Source of the DNA: Thermofilum pendens Hrk 5
GTDB taxonomy: Archaea > Thermoproteota > Thermoprotei > Thermofilales > Thermofilaceae
NCBI RefSeq assembly: GCF_000015225.1
Contig: NC_008698.1
Location: 1,410,001-1,442,000 of the forward strand
Length of the DNA: 32,000 nt
Direction of reading: 5' to 3'
Shown here piece by piece: positions 7,826 through 15,613 of the stretch. The notes under the pieces are model-generated. The model was not told the DNA's origin, made no database searches, and was given only the letters and a program-made list of their open reading frames with translations. A program made the position numbers and the translations under genes. The first letter of the stretch is position 1, and every line of letters starts with the position of its first letter.

Positions 7826-8260
7826 CTACTTCACGACGAGGACCGGTACCTTCGACTCGGAGACTATCTTGCTGGAAACGCTTCCGATGAAGATACGCTT
7901 CCAGAGGGACAGCCCCCTGGACCCCGTGACTATCAGGTCCGCCTTGACCTCCTCGGCGTACCTCAGGATCTCCGAGGCTGGGTCCCCTTCCAGCACGTCT
8001 CCCTCCGCGTCTACGCCCCTGCTCTGCGCAAGCCTTAAGCACTCCCTGACGTCTACGCTAGCCTTCGACTTTATCTCGGCTATAACCCTGCCGACGTCGA
8101 GGGAGGGAACCTCCCTTAGGCTCGACGTGAGGGACTTCGAGTCGACGACTTCGACTACGAACAGCTTGGCCCCGTACTTGGAGGCTAGGTCTACGGCTAC
8201 TTCGAGCGCTTTCCTCGCGTGCTCCGACCCGTCGTAGGCGACGAGTATCCTCGCGAACAT
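7826..8260 (-). CDS. universal stress protein (UspA family)
   Basis: ILVAYDGSEHARKALEVAVDLA at the N-terminus. ATP-binding motif GSRGLSLWKRIFIGSVSSKIV. C-terminal PVLVV. 144 aa. Confidence 0.85.
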   Translation of the reverse strand: MFARILVAYDGSEHARKALEVAVDLASKYGAKLFVVEVVDSKSLTSSLREVPSLDVGRVIAEIKSKASVDVRECLRLAQSRGVDAEGDVLEGDPASEILRYAEEVKADLIVTGSRGLSLWKRIFIGSVSSKIVSESKVPVLVVK

Positions 8261-8347
8261 GCCTCCTTCGTTGCTAAACCAGCTTATACGCTTTCCGGGG
8301 ATGAAGCCGTAAAAGTTGCAGTGAGGTAGCCGCGAAAGCCGAAACGT

Positions 8348-9775
8348 TTACGGTGGAGGCACAGGCTTTAGCCCGTGCGACTCCCACAGCTTCGAGTAGA
8401 CTGCGTCCAGTCTTCGGAGCGCGTCGCCGTCGAGGAGTGGCGGCTTGTGCTCGGCGAGTATCCTCTCTACCTCTCTGTGCGCCAGCTCGGCTAGCGGCAC
8501 TCCCGTCGACTTCGCCCTGGGCGCTAGGTCCCAGACTTTCGGTACGAGTATCTCGCTCCTGTAGTGTTGCCTCGTGTGCCTCAACGCGAGGAAGTTGCCC
8601 TTCTTCTCCAGCACCCCCTCCTTCAGGGCGTCGAGGGCCTGGGGGTCTACCTCTACGCCTCTCGCGAGCCTCTCGGCGATGAGGCACGCCTCGTTGTCGA
8701 GCACTAGCTTTTCGAGCGACTGGACGCTCTCGTACTCCAGCATCCCCGCACCGGATATCACGTCGAAGCCTGCCAGCGCGGCTAGCGCGGCGGTGTAGGC
8801 CGTCTCGGCGCCCGCCTGGTAGTCGACGGTCTTGGAGTCGCTTAGCCCCATGTACGTGTGCGAGGGAAGGTCGAGGTAGCGGGCTAGGTCCCTGTACGCC
8901 AGGCTTATGAGGACGGCTTCGGGGGCCGTTATCGAGGGGGTCCCGTAGTAGGGGTGGATCATAGTCGGGCTACCCCCGTAGATGACGGGTGCCCCCGGCT
9001 TGACGAGCTGGGACAAGGCGATGCCGCTGAGCACCTCCGCGTGGTGCTGTATGATCGCGCCGTAAACCGTGACGGGAGATGTCGCCCCGAGCCCAGGCAT
9101 CGATATTATCTCCGCGGGGACGCCCAGCCTCGCGAGGTCGACCAGGTTCCTTGACGTCACGGTGCTCCAGGAGAGAGGGGGCGTGGGGCAGACGTCGAAG
9201 ATCGCGAAAGGCTTCTCAGCGTAGTCCTCCCTCACCGCCCCCAGCATTTCCACCATGAGCGGGAGGTTTTCGACTGTGAACGCCCCGGTGACCACGGGCT
9301 TCCCGGAGTACTTCAGGACGACGTACAGCCTGACGGCGTCCTTGACTTCGGCGGGGACCTCGAAGGGTACAAGCGCGGTGCTCTGGGCCTTCAGCCCCTT
9401 CAGGTAGTCTGCCACTATGACTAGCTTTTTTAAGTCCTCCAGCGTCGGGTTCCGGGGGGTCTGGGAGCCGTGGTCCAGTATCCTTATCGCCGCCGATCCG
9501 GGGTTGAATATCCTCGCGCCCTCCCCTAGGACGGCGACCTCCCTGCCGTCCCTGTCGTAGAGCCTGATCCTCCTCGGCGCCGTCCTCAAAGCCTCCTTGA
9601 CGACGTCCTCGGGTATGAGCACGCGCCCGTCCTTTAGCCTCCCTCCCCCCTCCAGGGCTATCCTCTCGACGCCCTTATCCTCGAAGAAGACGCCCACGGT
9701 CTCCAGGACTCTCAGCGCCTCGCCGGTTATCTCCTCTGCCTCTCTCCTGCTCAGAACGCTTACCGACGGAACCAC
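8348..9775 (-). CDS. MttB-superfamily methyltransferase, non-pyrrolysine type (substrate unknown)
   Basis: 475 aa, uninterrupted ORF with no in-frame TAG. The N-terminal pattern LSRREAEEITGEALRVLETVGVFFED...LIPEDVVKEALRTAPRRIRLYDRDG and the overall length fit the trimethylamine methyltransferase MttB family (PF06253) as I recall it. The GTG start overlaps the stop of the upstream corrinoid-protein gene by 1 nt. Confidence 0.7.
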   Translation of the reverse strand: MVPSVSVLSRREAEEITGEALRVLETVGVFFEDKGVERIALEGGGRLKDGRVLIPEDVVKEALRTAPRRIRLYDRDGREVAVLGEGARIFNPGSAAIRILDHGSQTPRNPTLEDLKKLVIVADYLKGLKAQSTALVPFEVPAEVKDAVRLYVVLKYSGKPVVTGAFTVENLPLMVEMLGAVREDYAEKPFAIFDVCPTPPLSWSTVTSRNLVDLARLGVPAEIISMPGLGATSPVTVYGAIIQHHAEVLSGIALSQLVKPGAPVIYGGSPTMIHPYYGTPSITAPEAVLISLAYRDLARYLDLPSHTYMGLSDSKTVDYQAGAETAYTAALAALAGFDVISGAGMLEYESVQSLEKLVLDNEACLIAERLARGVEVDPQALDALKEGVLEKKGNFLALRHTRQHYRSEILVPKVWDLAPRAKSTGVPLAELAHREVERILAEHKPPLLDGDALRRLDAVYSKLWESHGLKPVPPP

Positions 9776-10431
9776 TACCCCTCACCCAGCATCCTCTTAA
9801 CTATCTTCACAGCCTCGAAGGCGTCTCTACCCCAGACGTCGGCGCCTATCTCGCGGACCCACTCCTCCGTTACAGGCGCGCCGCCGGCTATCACTATGAC
9901 CTTGTCCCTGAGCCCCCTCTTCTTCAGCTCCTCGATGACGTTCCTCTGCTCCAGCATCGTCGTCGTCATGAGGGCGCTCATACCGACTACCCTGGCGTTG
10001 TACTTCTCGACCGCCTCGGCGAACTTCTCGGGCGGAACGTCTACGCCCAGGTCTACGACGTGGAAGCCTTCGGCCTCGAATACAGCGGCCGCGAGGTTCT
10101 TCCCGAGCTCGTGTATGTCGCCCCTCACCGTCCCGAAGACGGCGACCCACCTCGCCGGGGACTCGCCCTGCCCCCTTATCAGCGGCCTCAGGACCTCCAT
10201 GGACCTCCTGAAGGCCTCCGCGGACATCACGAGCTCCGGTATGAAGTACTCGCCCTTCTCGTAGAGCTCGCCGACCCTCCTCATCGCCGGCACAAGCACC
10301 TCGGAGACTATCTCCCTAGGACCCAGCCCCCGCTCGACGAGGCGCCTCGTGTACTCCTCCGCCGCGGCTTCGTCCCCCTCTACCACTGCCTGGAAGAGCT
10401 TCTCCCTAAGCTCGCCCACGTCCCCAGCCAT
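9775..10431 (-). CDS. cobalamin-binding corrinoid protein (MtbC/MttC/MtgC-like)
   Basis: 218 aa. N-terminal helical B12-binding-2 cap, then a Rossmann B12-binding domain with DxHxxG (GDIHELGKN), SxL (GMSALM) and GG (VIAGGAPV) motifs. Confidence 0.8.
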   Translation of the reverse strand: MAGDVGELREKLFQAVVEGDEAAAEEYTRRLVERGLGPREIVSEVLVPAMRRVGELYEKGEYFIPELVMSAEAFRRSMEVLRPLIRGQGESPARWVAVFGTVRGDIHELGKNLAAAVFEAEGFHVVDLGVDVPPEKFAEAVEKYNARVVGMSALMTTTMLEQRNVIEELKKRGLRDKVIVIAGGAPVTEEWVREIGADVWGRDAFEAVKIVKRMLGEG

Positions 10432-10517
10432 CCCGGGACCCCTTCATCCCGCGCTTTTAAGCGTTGTTCTCCAATTACCCCCATTAATCATTTATCCGGC
10501 TCCGCGGCTCTACAATC

Positions 10518-11207
10518 GTGGCTAGGCTCCCCGACGAGTTCCTGGAGTGGAACTACTACGGTAGGCGGAGGCTCCTGGAGAGGCTGTTGTCCGGCGGCGC
10601 CGGCCGAGACATGGCCCTAGAGTTCACCAGGCACACGCCCGTGCTCGTCACCGCGGCTGAGGTGGACGGGAGGATCGAGGTGAACGGGAAGGTCGTGGGG
10701 TGCGGCTACGTGGCTTCTAGGGACTACATCCGCGAGAAGATAAGGGTGTTCAGGGAGCACGTCGAGGAGTCCGACGAGAGGCTCTCGGAGGGCGCCAGCA
10801 TGGAGGAGGTGGAGCGAGAGCACCTGGAGAGGGGCGTGAGGCTCCTCCTGGAGCACGTGTACCTGGAGAGGGAGAGGGCGGAGAAGGAGATGGACTTCGA
10901 GGTCCTCGCGACTGTGGAGCTCGCGAAGCGGGTTCCCTGGTCCTCGAGGCACACGTGGACCCTCATCCAGAGGAATCCCAGGGTCAGCCTGGTGTTCTTC
11001 CAGCCGCCCAGCCTGAGCTTCGAGGTGAAGGGGTACGCGTCGATACACCTCGACGACGAGTACCACGAGTACGTGACTCTCGTCCACGACGCTTTCCACT
11101 ACACCCCGCCGGAGCGCAGGGGCGATAGGCCCGTCTACCTGGTGCACGTGGAGGAAGTCTACGACAACAGCGCCTCTCCGAGGGGGTTCGGAAGGAGGAT
11201 TGCCTGA
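10518..11207 (+). CDS. hypothetical protein (C-terminal half weakly reminiscent of a PNPOx-like split barrel)
   Basis: 229 aa with a GTG start. A TATA-like cattaatcatttatcc lies about 24 nt upstream. Amino-acid composition looks coding. NPRVSLVFFQP..SFEVKGYASIHLDD...PVYLVHVEEVYD resembles FMN-binding split-barrel proteins, but this is a weak by-eye impression. Confidence 0.5.
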   Translation: MARLPDEFLEWNYYGRRRLLERLLSGGAGRDMALEFTRHTPVLVTAAEVDGRIEVNGKVVGCGYVASRDYIREKIRVFREHVEESDERLSEGASMEEVEREHLERGVRLLLEHVYLERERAEKEMDFEVLATVELAKRVPWSSRHTWTLIQRNPRVSLVFFQPPSLSFEVKGYASIHLDDEYHEYVTLVHDAFHYTPPERRGDRPVYLVHVEEVYDNSASPRGFGRRIA

Positions 11208-11208
11208 G

Positions 11209-12246
11209 CTACCCGGGCGCGACGTACCTCCCCTTGATGGGTACCGGCTCGCCGCACCTGGGGCACTTGTACCTCCCGCCCTCGAAGTCCAAGTTGAACT
11301 CGACGACCCTGTACCCCTCCCTCCTGACAAGGGTCTTGCCGCACCTGGGGCACCTCGTCGACTCGAGCTCGGGGTCGTGGACGTTGCCGACGTAGACGTA
11401 CTTCACGCCCTCCTTGACGGCGTAGTCCCTCACCTCGAGGAGCTTCCCGAGGGGGGTCGGCGGCTCCCTCCAGGCCCAGGCGGGGTAGTACCTGTTCACG
11501 TGGAGCGGGACCTCGGGCCCCAGGGTGTCCAGGAGGGTCCCCACCACCCACTCGTAGCACTCCTTGGAGTCGTTGGCGCCGGGCACGACGAGGTAGACTA
11601 TCTCGACGTGGGCCCCGCTGTCCAGAGCAACCCTCGCGTTCCTGAAGACCACGTAGTGGTCGACGTTCGCGAGAACCCTCCTCGCGGAGGGGCACCCCTT
11701 AACGCTAGCGGCGAAGCCGTCGACGCCCGCCTCCAGTACGAGCCTGAGCGAGCTGGTCGTGAAGTACATGTTGGTAACCATCATCGAGTACAGCCCTCTC
11801 TTCCTCGCGGCCTCGGACGCGTCGACGACGTAGTCTAGGTTCGTTATAGGCTCGTTGAAGCTAGCCGAGATCCCCTGGGCCCCCGCCGAGACGGCTAGGT
11901 CCGCGAGGGCCTCGGGGTCGACGGGCTCGAGCCCCTCGGGGGGCAGGGAGAAGCTGAGGTGGTGGTTCTGGCACCAGGGGCAGTGGAAGTTGCAGCCGAA
12001 GTTGCTGTAGGTGAGGGCCAGGGAGTTCGGCCAGTAGTGGAACAGCGGCTTTATCTCGATGGGCCTCAGCTCCACGGCGCTGAGCTTCCCGTAGCCAGCG
12101 TGCCAGAGCACGCCGCCCACGTTCGCGTAGTTCCCACAGGCCCCGCGGGCGCCGGGGCGCACCCTGCACCTCCTCTCGCACGCTAAGCACGCGACGACCC
12201 CGCCTCCCAGGGGCTCCTGGAGCCTGGCCCTACGCAACCCCTTCAC
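11209..12246 (-). CDS. radical SAM enzyme, AmmeMemoRadiSam-system type (PflA-like activase homologue)
   Basis: N-terminal Cys cluster CLACERRCRVRPGARGAC, then IEIKPLFHYWP and the radical SAM CxxxCxxC motif GCNFHCPWCQN. C-terminal YVYVGNV plus a zinc ribbon CPRCG...CPRCG. The order and spacing match the TIGR04337-type family as I recall it. Confidence 0.8.
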   Translation of the reverse strand: MKGLRRARLQEPLGGGVVACLACERRCRVRPGARGACGNYANVGGVLWHAGYGKLSAVELRPIEIKPLFHYWPNSLALTYSNFGCNFHCPWCQNHHLSFSLPPEGLEPVDPEALADLAVSAGAQGISASFNEPITNLDYVVDASEAARKRGLYSMMVTNMYFTTSSLRLVLEAGVDGFAASVKGCPSARRVLANVDHYVVFRNARVALDSGAHVEIVYLVVPGANDSKECYEWVVGTLLDTLGPEVPLHVNRYYPAWAWREPPTPLGKLLEVRDYAVKEGVKYVYVGNVHDPELESTRCPRCGKTLVRREGYRVVEFNLDFEGGRYKCPRCGEPVPIKGRYVAPG

Positions 12247-13019
12247 CCGTCTAGCCTGGCGCTAACCTTCCGCAGGCAACCCTCCCTGAAGCACGACGAG
12301 AAGCCTCCGCCCTCCATCAGTATCGTGGCGCAGGACTCCGGGTCCACGACGACAGCCGTGTTGATAGTCTTCACGCCGTACCTCCCGAAGACCTCGGGGG
12401 CTAGCGGCGAGCTGGGGCCTACGAGGTGCTTCTCGGCGCGCGTCGGGGCTGTTAACAGGTAGTTGATAGTGTGGTTAACTATCGAGGAGCCCGTTATCAG
12501 CAACTTGTCCGCGTCTCTAAGCACGGCGGCGTAGGCCCACCACGGGTACACCTCGACGCCCTCGACCACTACGCTCGCGAACTCCAGGACGGCGAGCCTC
12601 CTCACCCTACCCCTGAGCGCCTCGACGTACGGCGCGAAGTAGCCCACCAGGACTACGGAGTCGCCGGGCGCGACGCCTACCTGTTCCAGCGCGTCCGCCT
12701 CCACCACCCCCTCCCCCGCGGCGTTCAGCAGAGCGTTCACAGCCGCCAGCCCCACGCTGACCTCGAGCCCCCTGGGGGACAGGAGGAGCCCCAGGGCGTC
12801 GGACACATTCATGCCCCTCAGCCTCCCCGGGGTAACGCTGGAGAGGGGGCCCTCCCTGTTCGTGTAAGCCACGCCCGCCCTGCCGTCCTCGAGCTCTACC
12901 AGCGTCGCGTGCACACCGATAACTACGCGCTTAACCCTCTCCGAGCCAGCCCTGGAGAGAGCGTACTCGTATATCTCCTCGACCACGCCCACAGTACTAA
13001 GAGCGGGGCCCCGGTACAT
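12243..13019 (-). CDS. DUF4213/DUF364 domain protein (putative metal-chelate/cofactor-binding Rossmann-like protein)
   Basis: 258 aa. VKRVVIGVHATLVELEDGRAGVAYT (DUF4213-like), followed by VVLVGYFAPYVEAL...LAVLE...DADKLLITGSSIVNHTINYLL...HLVGPSSPLAPEVF...GV (DUF364-like). Overlaps the downstream radical SAM gene by 4 nt. Confidence 0.7.
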   Translation of the reverse strand: MYRGPALSTVGVVEEIYEYALSRAGSERVKRVVIGVHATLVELEDGRAGVAYTNREGPLSSVTPGRLRGMNVSDALGLLLSPRGLEVSVGLAAVNALLNAAGEGVVEADALEQVGVAPGDSVVLVGYFAPYVEALRGRVRRLAVLEFASVVVEGVEVYPWWAYAAVLRDADKLLITGSSIVNHTINYLLTAPTRAEKHLVGPSSPLAPEVFGRYGVKTINTAVVVDPESCATILMEGGGFSSCFREGCLRKVSARLDG

Positions 13020-13038
13020 AAGGGTTAGCCGGGCCCCC

Positions 13039-13446
13039 TCAACCTACGAACTCCAAGCCCAGCGCCTCCCTGATGGCGCCTGCCCTCTCGGCTATCTCCT
13101 TGTCGAAGGATGCTACCGCGCTCGCCCCGAGCATCCTGGCGGCGACTACGTGTAGTAAGTCGAGGGTTCTGAGCCTCAAGAGCTGGGCGTACCTCAAAGC
13201 CTGCCTTGAAACCTGGTTAAGGTCCACGTCGACGAGCGAGGCGCCCACCACCCTCAGCGAGTACACTGCGAGCGAGACGGGGTTGGGGAGCCCTGCCCTC
13301 GAGTAGACTGCGGCGAGCTCTAGGAGCGTGAGCTGGCTGGCGACCCTGTCTTCCATCAGTCTGCCCAGCAGCTCGACAGCTCTCCCGTGGTTCGGGTCCT
13401 CCTCGTCCACGTAAGACACGATCACGCTCGTATCGAGGTAGATCAT
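13039..13446 (-). CDS. vapC: PIN-domain ribonuclease toxin VapC
   Basis: 135 aa. MIYLDTSVIVSY N-terminus with the first acidic PIN residue, and a further conserved acidic position (LDLLHV). Lies directly downstream of a small RHH gene. Confidence 0.85.
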   Translation of the reverse strand: MIYLDTSVIVSYVDEEDPNHGRAVELLGRLMEDRVASQLTLLELAAVYSRAGLPNPVSLAVYSLRVVGASLVDVDLNQVSRQALRYAQLLRLRTLDLLHVVAARMLGASAVASFDKEIAERAGAIREALGLEFVG

Positions 13447-13479
13447 ACCTAGCCCCCGTTATCCGGACACAGAGCCCCT

Positions 13480-13746
13480 TCAGGGCGGGGTGGACGACCT
13501 CTCCCTACCCTCCTCAAGTAGCCTGCTCAGACCGCCGTGCCTCAGCCTGAACCCGGACTTCTCGAGCTCCTCCGCAGACCTGTAGACCTCGTCCCAGAAC
13601 GCAACCTCCCTTTTGACCTCCTCCAACCCCCTCTCGATCATTATGTTGAAAGCGTGGGACCTATTCCTGGCGAGCCCGTACCTCACCATCTTCTCGGCCA
13701 GCTGGGCTACCTCCTTGCGCACCTTTATCGAAACAGTAACGCTCAT
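13480..13746 (-). CDS. vapB: ribbon-helix-helix (CopG-like) antitoxin VapB
   Basis: 88 aa. N-terminal beta-strand then helices (VTVSIKVRKEVAQLAEKMVRYGLARNRSHAFNIMIERGLEE), typical of RHH. Lies 33 nt upstream of vapC. Confidence 0.7.
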   Translation of the reverse strand: MSVTVSIKVRKEVAQLAEKMVRYGLARNRSHAFNIMIERGLEEVKREVAFWDEVYRSAEELEKSGFRLRHGGLSRLLEEGRERSSTPP

Positions 13747-13749
13747 ACT

Positions 13750-13766
13750 GGTATACCAGGTATACC
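13750..13766. promoter_or_regulatory. two adjacent self-complementary 8-mers GGTATACC-a-GGTATACC between the vapB TATA and start codon (candidate antitoxin operator)
   Basis: GGTATACC occurs at 13750-13757 and 13759-13766, and each copy is its own reverse complement. They lie between the minus-strand TATA (ccttatattc, about 13769-13778) and the vapB ATG at 13746. Confidence 0.4.
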
Positions 13767-13960
13767 TAGAATATAAGGATTACCAAATGCTCGAGCCCCT
13801 CCGCCCAGTGTCGCTACAACCCTGAAACAAGCTACAGCTAAGCATGGTCCTCAGGGAAAATACCCGTACTTCCCCGATTCGTTTAGCAACTCTTTCCTGG
13901 AAAAACCTTCTTTGCACATGGACTAAGCTGAAGTCTTCTTATCTTCTTTGGCTACTACCG

Positions 13961-14692
13961 CTACTTTTCCAGCCCCCAGTGCAGGGCGCTCTTCAACGCA
14001 ACCCCCGTCCCAGCGATCCACACGAAGGTGACCAGGAGGGGTACAGCGGGATCCATGCAACCTAGCCCGGCGACCCACCGGGCGAGCTCTGCGAGGGCGG
14101 CGGTCGGGGCCAGGAGGGCCGGGAGCCTCGCTACCTCTGGGAGAGCCGAGAGTGGGTACCACACCGGCGGCAATATGATAGTTACCGTGACGAGGGGGTT
14201 CGTTACTGCGCTGATGTTCATCGGGTTCTTTATCCTCAGCACGACGGCTAGGGAGAGGAAGCTACCGAGCACCAACGAGGCGAAGGAGAGAGCGTACAGC
14301 GCGGCCACGCCAGCCGGCGACACCTCCAGCCAGAGGGCGAGCAGCGTGAATGCCGTATACTCCGTAAGGAAGTAGGGAATCTGCCCCAGCACTGTGCCCA
14401 CGAAGTAGTCGGAGGGGCTTAGGGGAGAGGCTACGAGAGCCTCCTGTATCCTCGAGACCCTCTGCCAGCCAACCGTCTGCCCGACAAGGTTCACCCCCAC
14501 CGTCCAGCCCGTCGCTACGAATGAGGCGACGACGAGGCTCTTCAGCGCCTTCAAGCCTCCCCAGAAGTAGAAGATAAGAGGTAGCGAAAGGGTCCACACG
14601 GCATCCTGGGCAATCCACATCCACTGCCTTCTCCAGAGGATCAGCTCAGCGTAAGCGACGCCGAGGGGCCTCCAGAGCCTGGACCGCCTCAC
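13961..14692 (-). CDS. ABC-2 type transporter permease
   Basis: 243 aa with about 6 hydrophobic segments. The start overlaps the stop of the upstream ABC ATPase by 4 nt. Confidence 0.7.
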   Translation of the reverse strand: MRRSRLWRPLGVAYAELILWRRQWMWIAQDAVWTLSLPLIFYFWGGLKALKSLVVASFVATGWTVGVNLVGQTVGWQRVSRIQEALVASPLSPSDYFVGTVLGQIPYFLTEYTAFTLLALWLEVSPAGVAALYALSFASLVLGSFLSLAVVLRIKNPMNISAVTNPLVTVTIILPPVWYPLSALPEVARLPALLAPTAALAELARWVAGLGCMDPAVPLLVTFVWIAGTGVALKSALHWGLEK

Positions 14693-15570
14693 CTCCCACC
14701 ACCCCGTAGCAGGAAGAGGTACGCGTCCTCTAGGCCCACGCTGCCGGCTGATACGAGGAGCCCGGGGTCGCTGAGGGAGGATACGAACTCGCCGAGCTCG
14801 GACCTGCTGCGGAAGTACACGATGGCTCGGTCTCCGAGATCCACGGCGTCGGCTGGTAGCGGGGAGCCCTTCTTGACTACGGCCCGGTACCGGTAGGGTA
14901 CCTTCTCGACGAGCGCCCTGGGGCTCTCTTGGCAGAGCACCACGCCCGAGTTTATCAGGGCGACTCTGTCGGCGACGACCTCTGCCTCGCCCATGTCGTG
15001 CGTTGTCATCAGTATGCTAGACCCGTCCCTCAGCCTCTCCCTCAGCGCCCTCCACACCTCCCTCCTCACCTCGACGTCCAGCCCTTCGGTCGGCTCGTCG
15101 AGGAAGAGAACCTCCGCCTCCGTCGCGAGTACGGCGGCCACCACGGCCCTTCGCACCTGGCCCCCGCTCAGCACCCTGATGGGCCTTCTCGCGTCGGAGA
15201 GTCCCAGCGCGTCAAGCCACCTTTTGGCCTGGGCCCTCGCCTCCCAGAAGGACCAGCCCCTCATCATGAGGACTGCAGTGACGTACTCCTCGGGTGTGTG
15301 CTCCCAGAAGGGCTCGAAGCCCTGGGGGATGTAGGCGATCCTCCTCCTAACCTCCCTGTACTCTCGGACGACATCGTAGCCGAGGACTCTCGCCTCGCCG
15401 GCGTCGGGCCTGAGGTTCGTCGTGAAGATCCTGACCGTGGTGGTCTTACCGGCGCCGTTGGGGCCTGCCAGCACGAGGAGCTCGCCTTTCCTCGCCTCTA
15501 GGCTTACGCCGCGGAGGGCTTCAACGTTCCCAAACCTCTTCACTAAACCTTCCGCTTCGAGAGCGTTCAT
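14689..15570 (-). CDS. ABC transporter ATP-binding protein (ABC-2/DrrA-like)
   Basis: I call the start at ATG 15570 (MNALEAEGLVKRFGNVEALRG...). A strong BRE/TATA (aaagcttatatattt on the minus strand, 15599-15613) lies inside the 420-aa track ORF, about 30 nt upstream of this ATG. Walker A GPNGAGKTT, signature LSGGQVRR, Walker B VLFLDEPTEGLD and H-loop TTHD. Confidence 0.85.
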   Translation of the reverse strand: MNALEAEGLVKRFGNVEALRGVSLEARKGELLVLAGPNGAGKTTTVRIFTTNLRPDAGEARVLGYDVVREYREVRRRIAYIPQGFEPFWEHTPEEYVTAVLMMRGWSFWEARAQAKRWLDALGLSDARRPIRVLSGGQVRRAVVAAVLATEAEVLFLDEPTEGLDVEVRREVWRALRERLRDGSSILMTTHDMGEAEVVADRVALINSGVVLCQESPRALVEKVPYRYRAVVKKGSPLPADAVDLGDRAIVYFRSRSELGEFVSSLSDPGLLVSAGSVGLEDAYLFLLRGGGR

Positions 15571-15598
15571 TGCTGTCCCCAAGTATAACATACGGCCT

Positions 15599-15613
15599 AA
15601 ATATATAAGCTTT
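15599..15613 (-). promoter_or_regulatory. BRE/TATA promoter of the ABC-2 exporter operon
   Basis: The minus strand reads aaagc-ttatatattt. It ends 28 nt upstream of ATG 15570, consistent with a leaderless or very short-leader mRNA. Confidence 0.5.

Noticed and set aside
8348-9775. Possibility that the MttB homologue is a pyrrolysine enzyme
   Set aside because: The ORF is continuous with no in-frame TAG, and no pyl genes are seen in the window. It is therefore treated as a non-Pyl family member.
10617-11838. Long overlapping ORFs 10617-11330 (minus), 11159-11695 (minus) and 11200-11838 (plus)
   Set aside because: These are off-frame or antisense shadows of the 10518-11207 gene and the radical SAM gene. 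Their composition is Arg/Pro/Gly-rich, with no motifs.
13780-13960. 214-bp spacer downstream of the ABC-2 permease as a possible small gene or ncRNA
   Set aside because: It holds only very short ORFs, such as a 21-aa MCKEGFSRKELLNESGKYGYFP, and weak 5-bp stems. Nothing is supportable from sequence alone.
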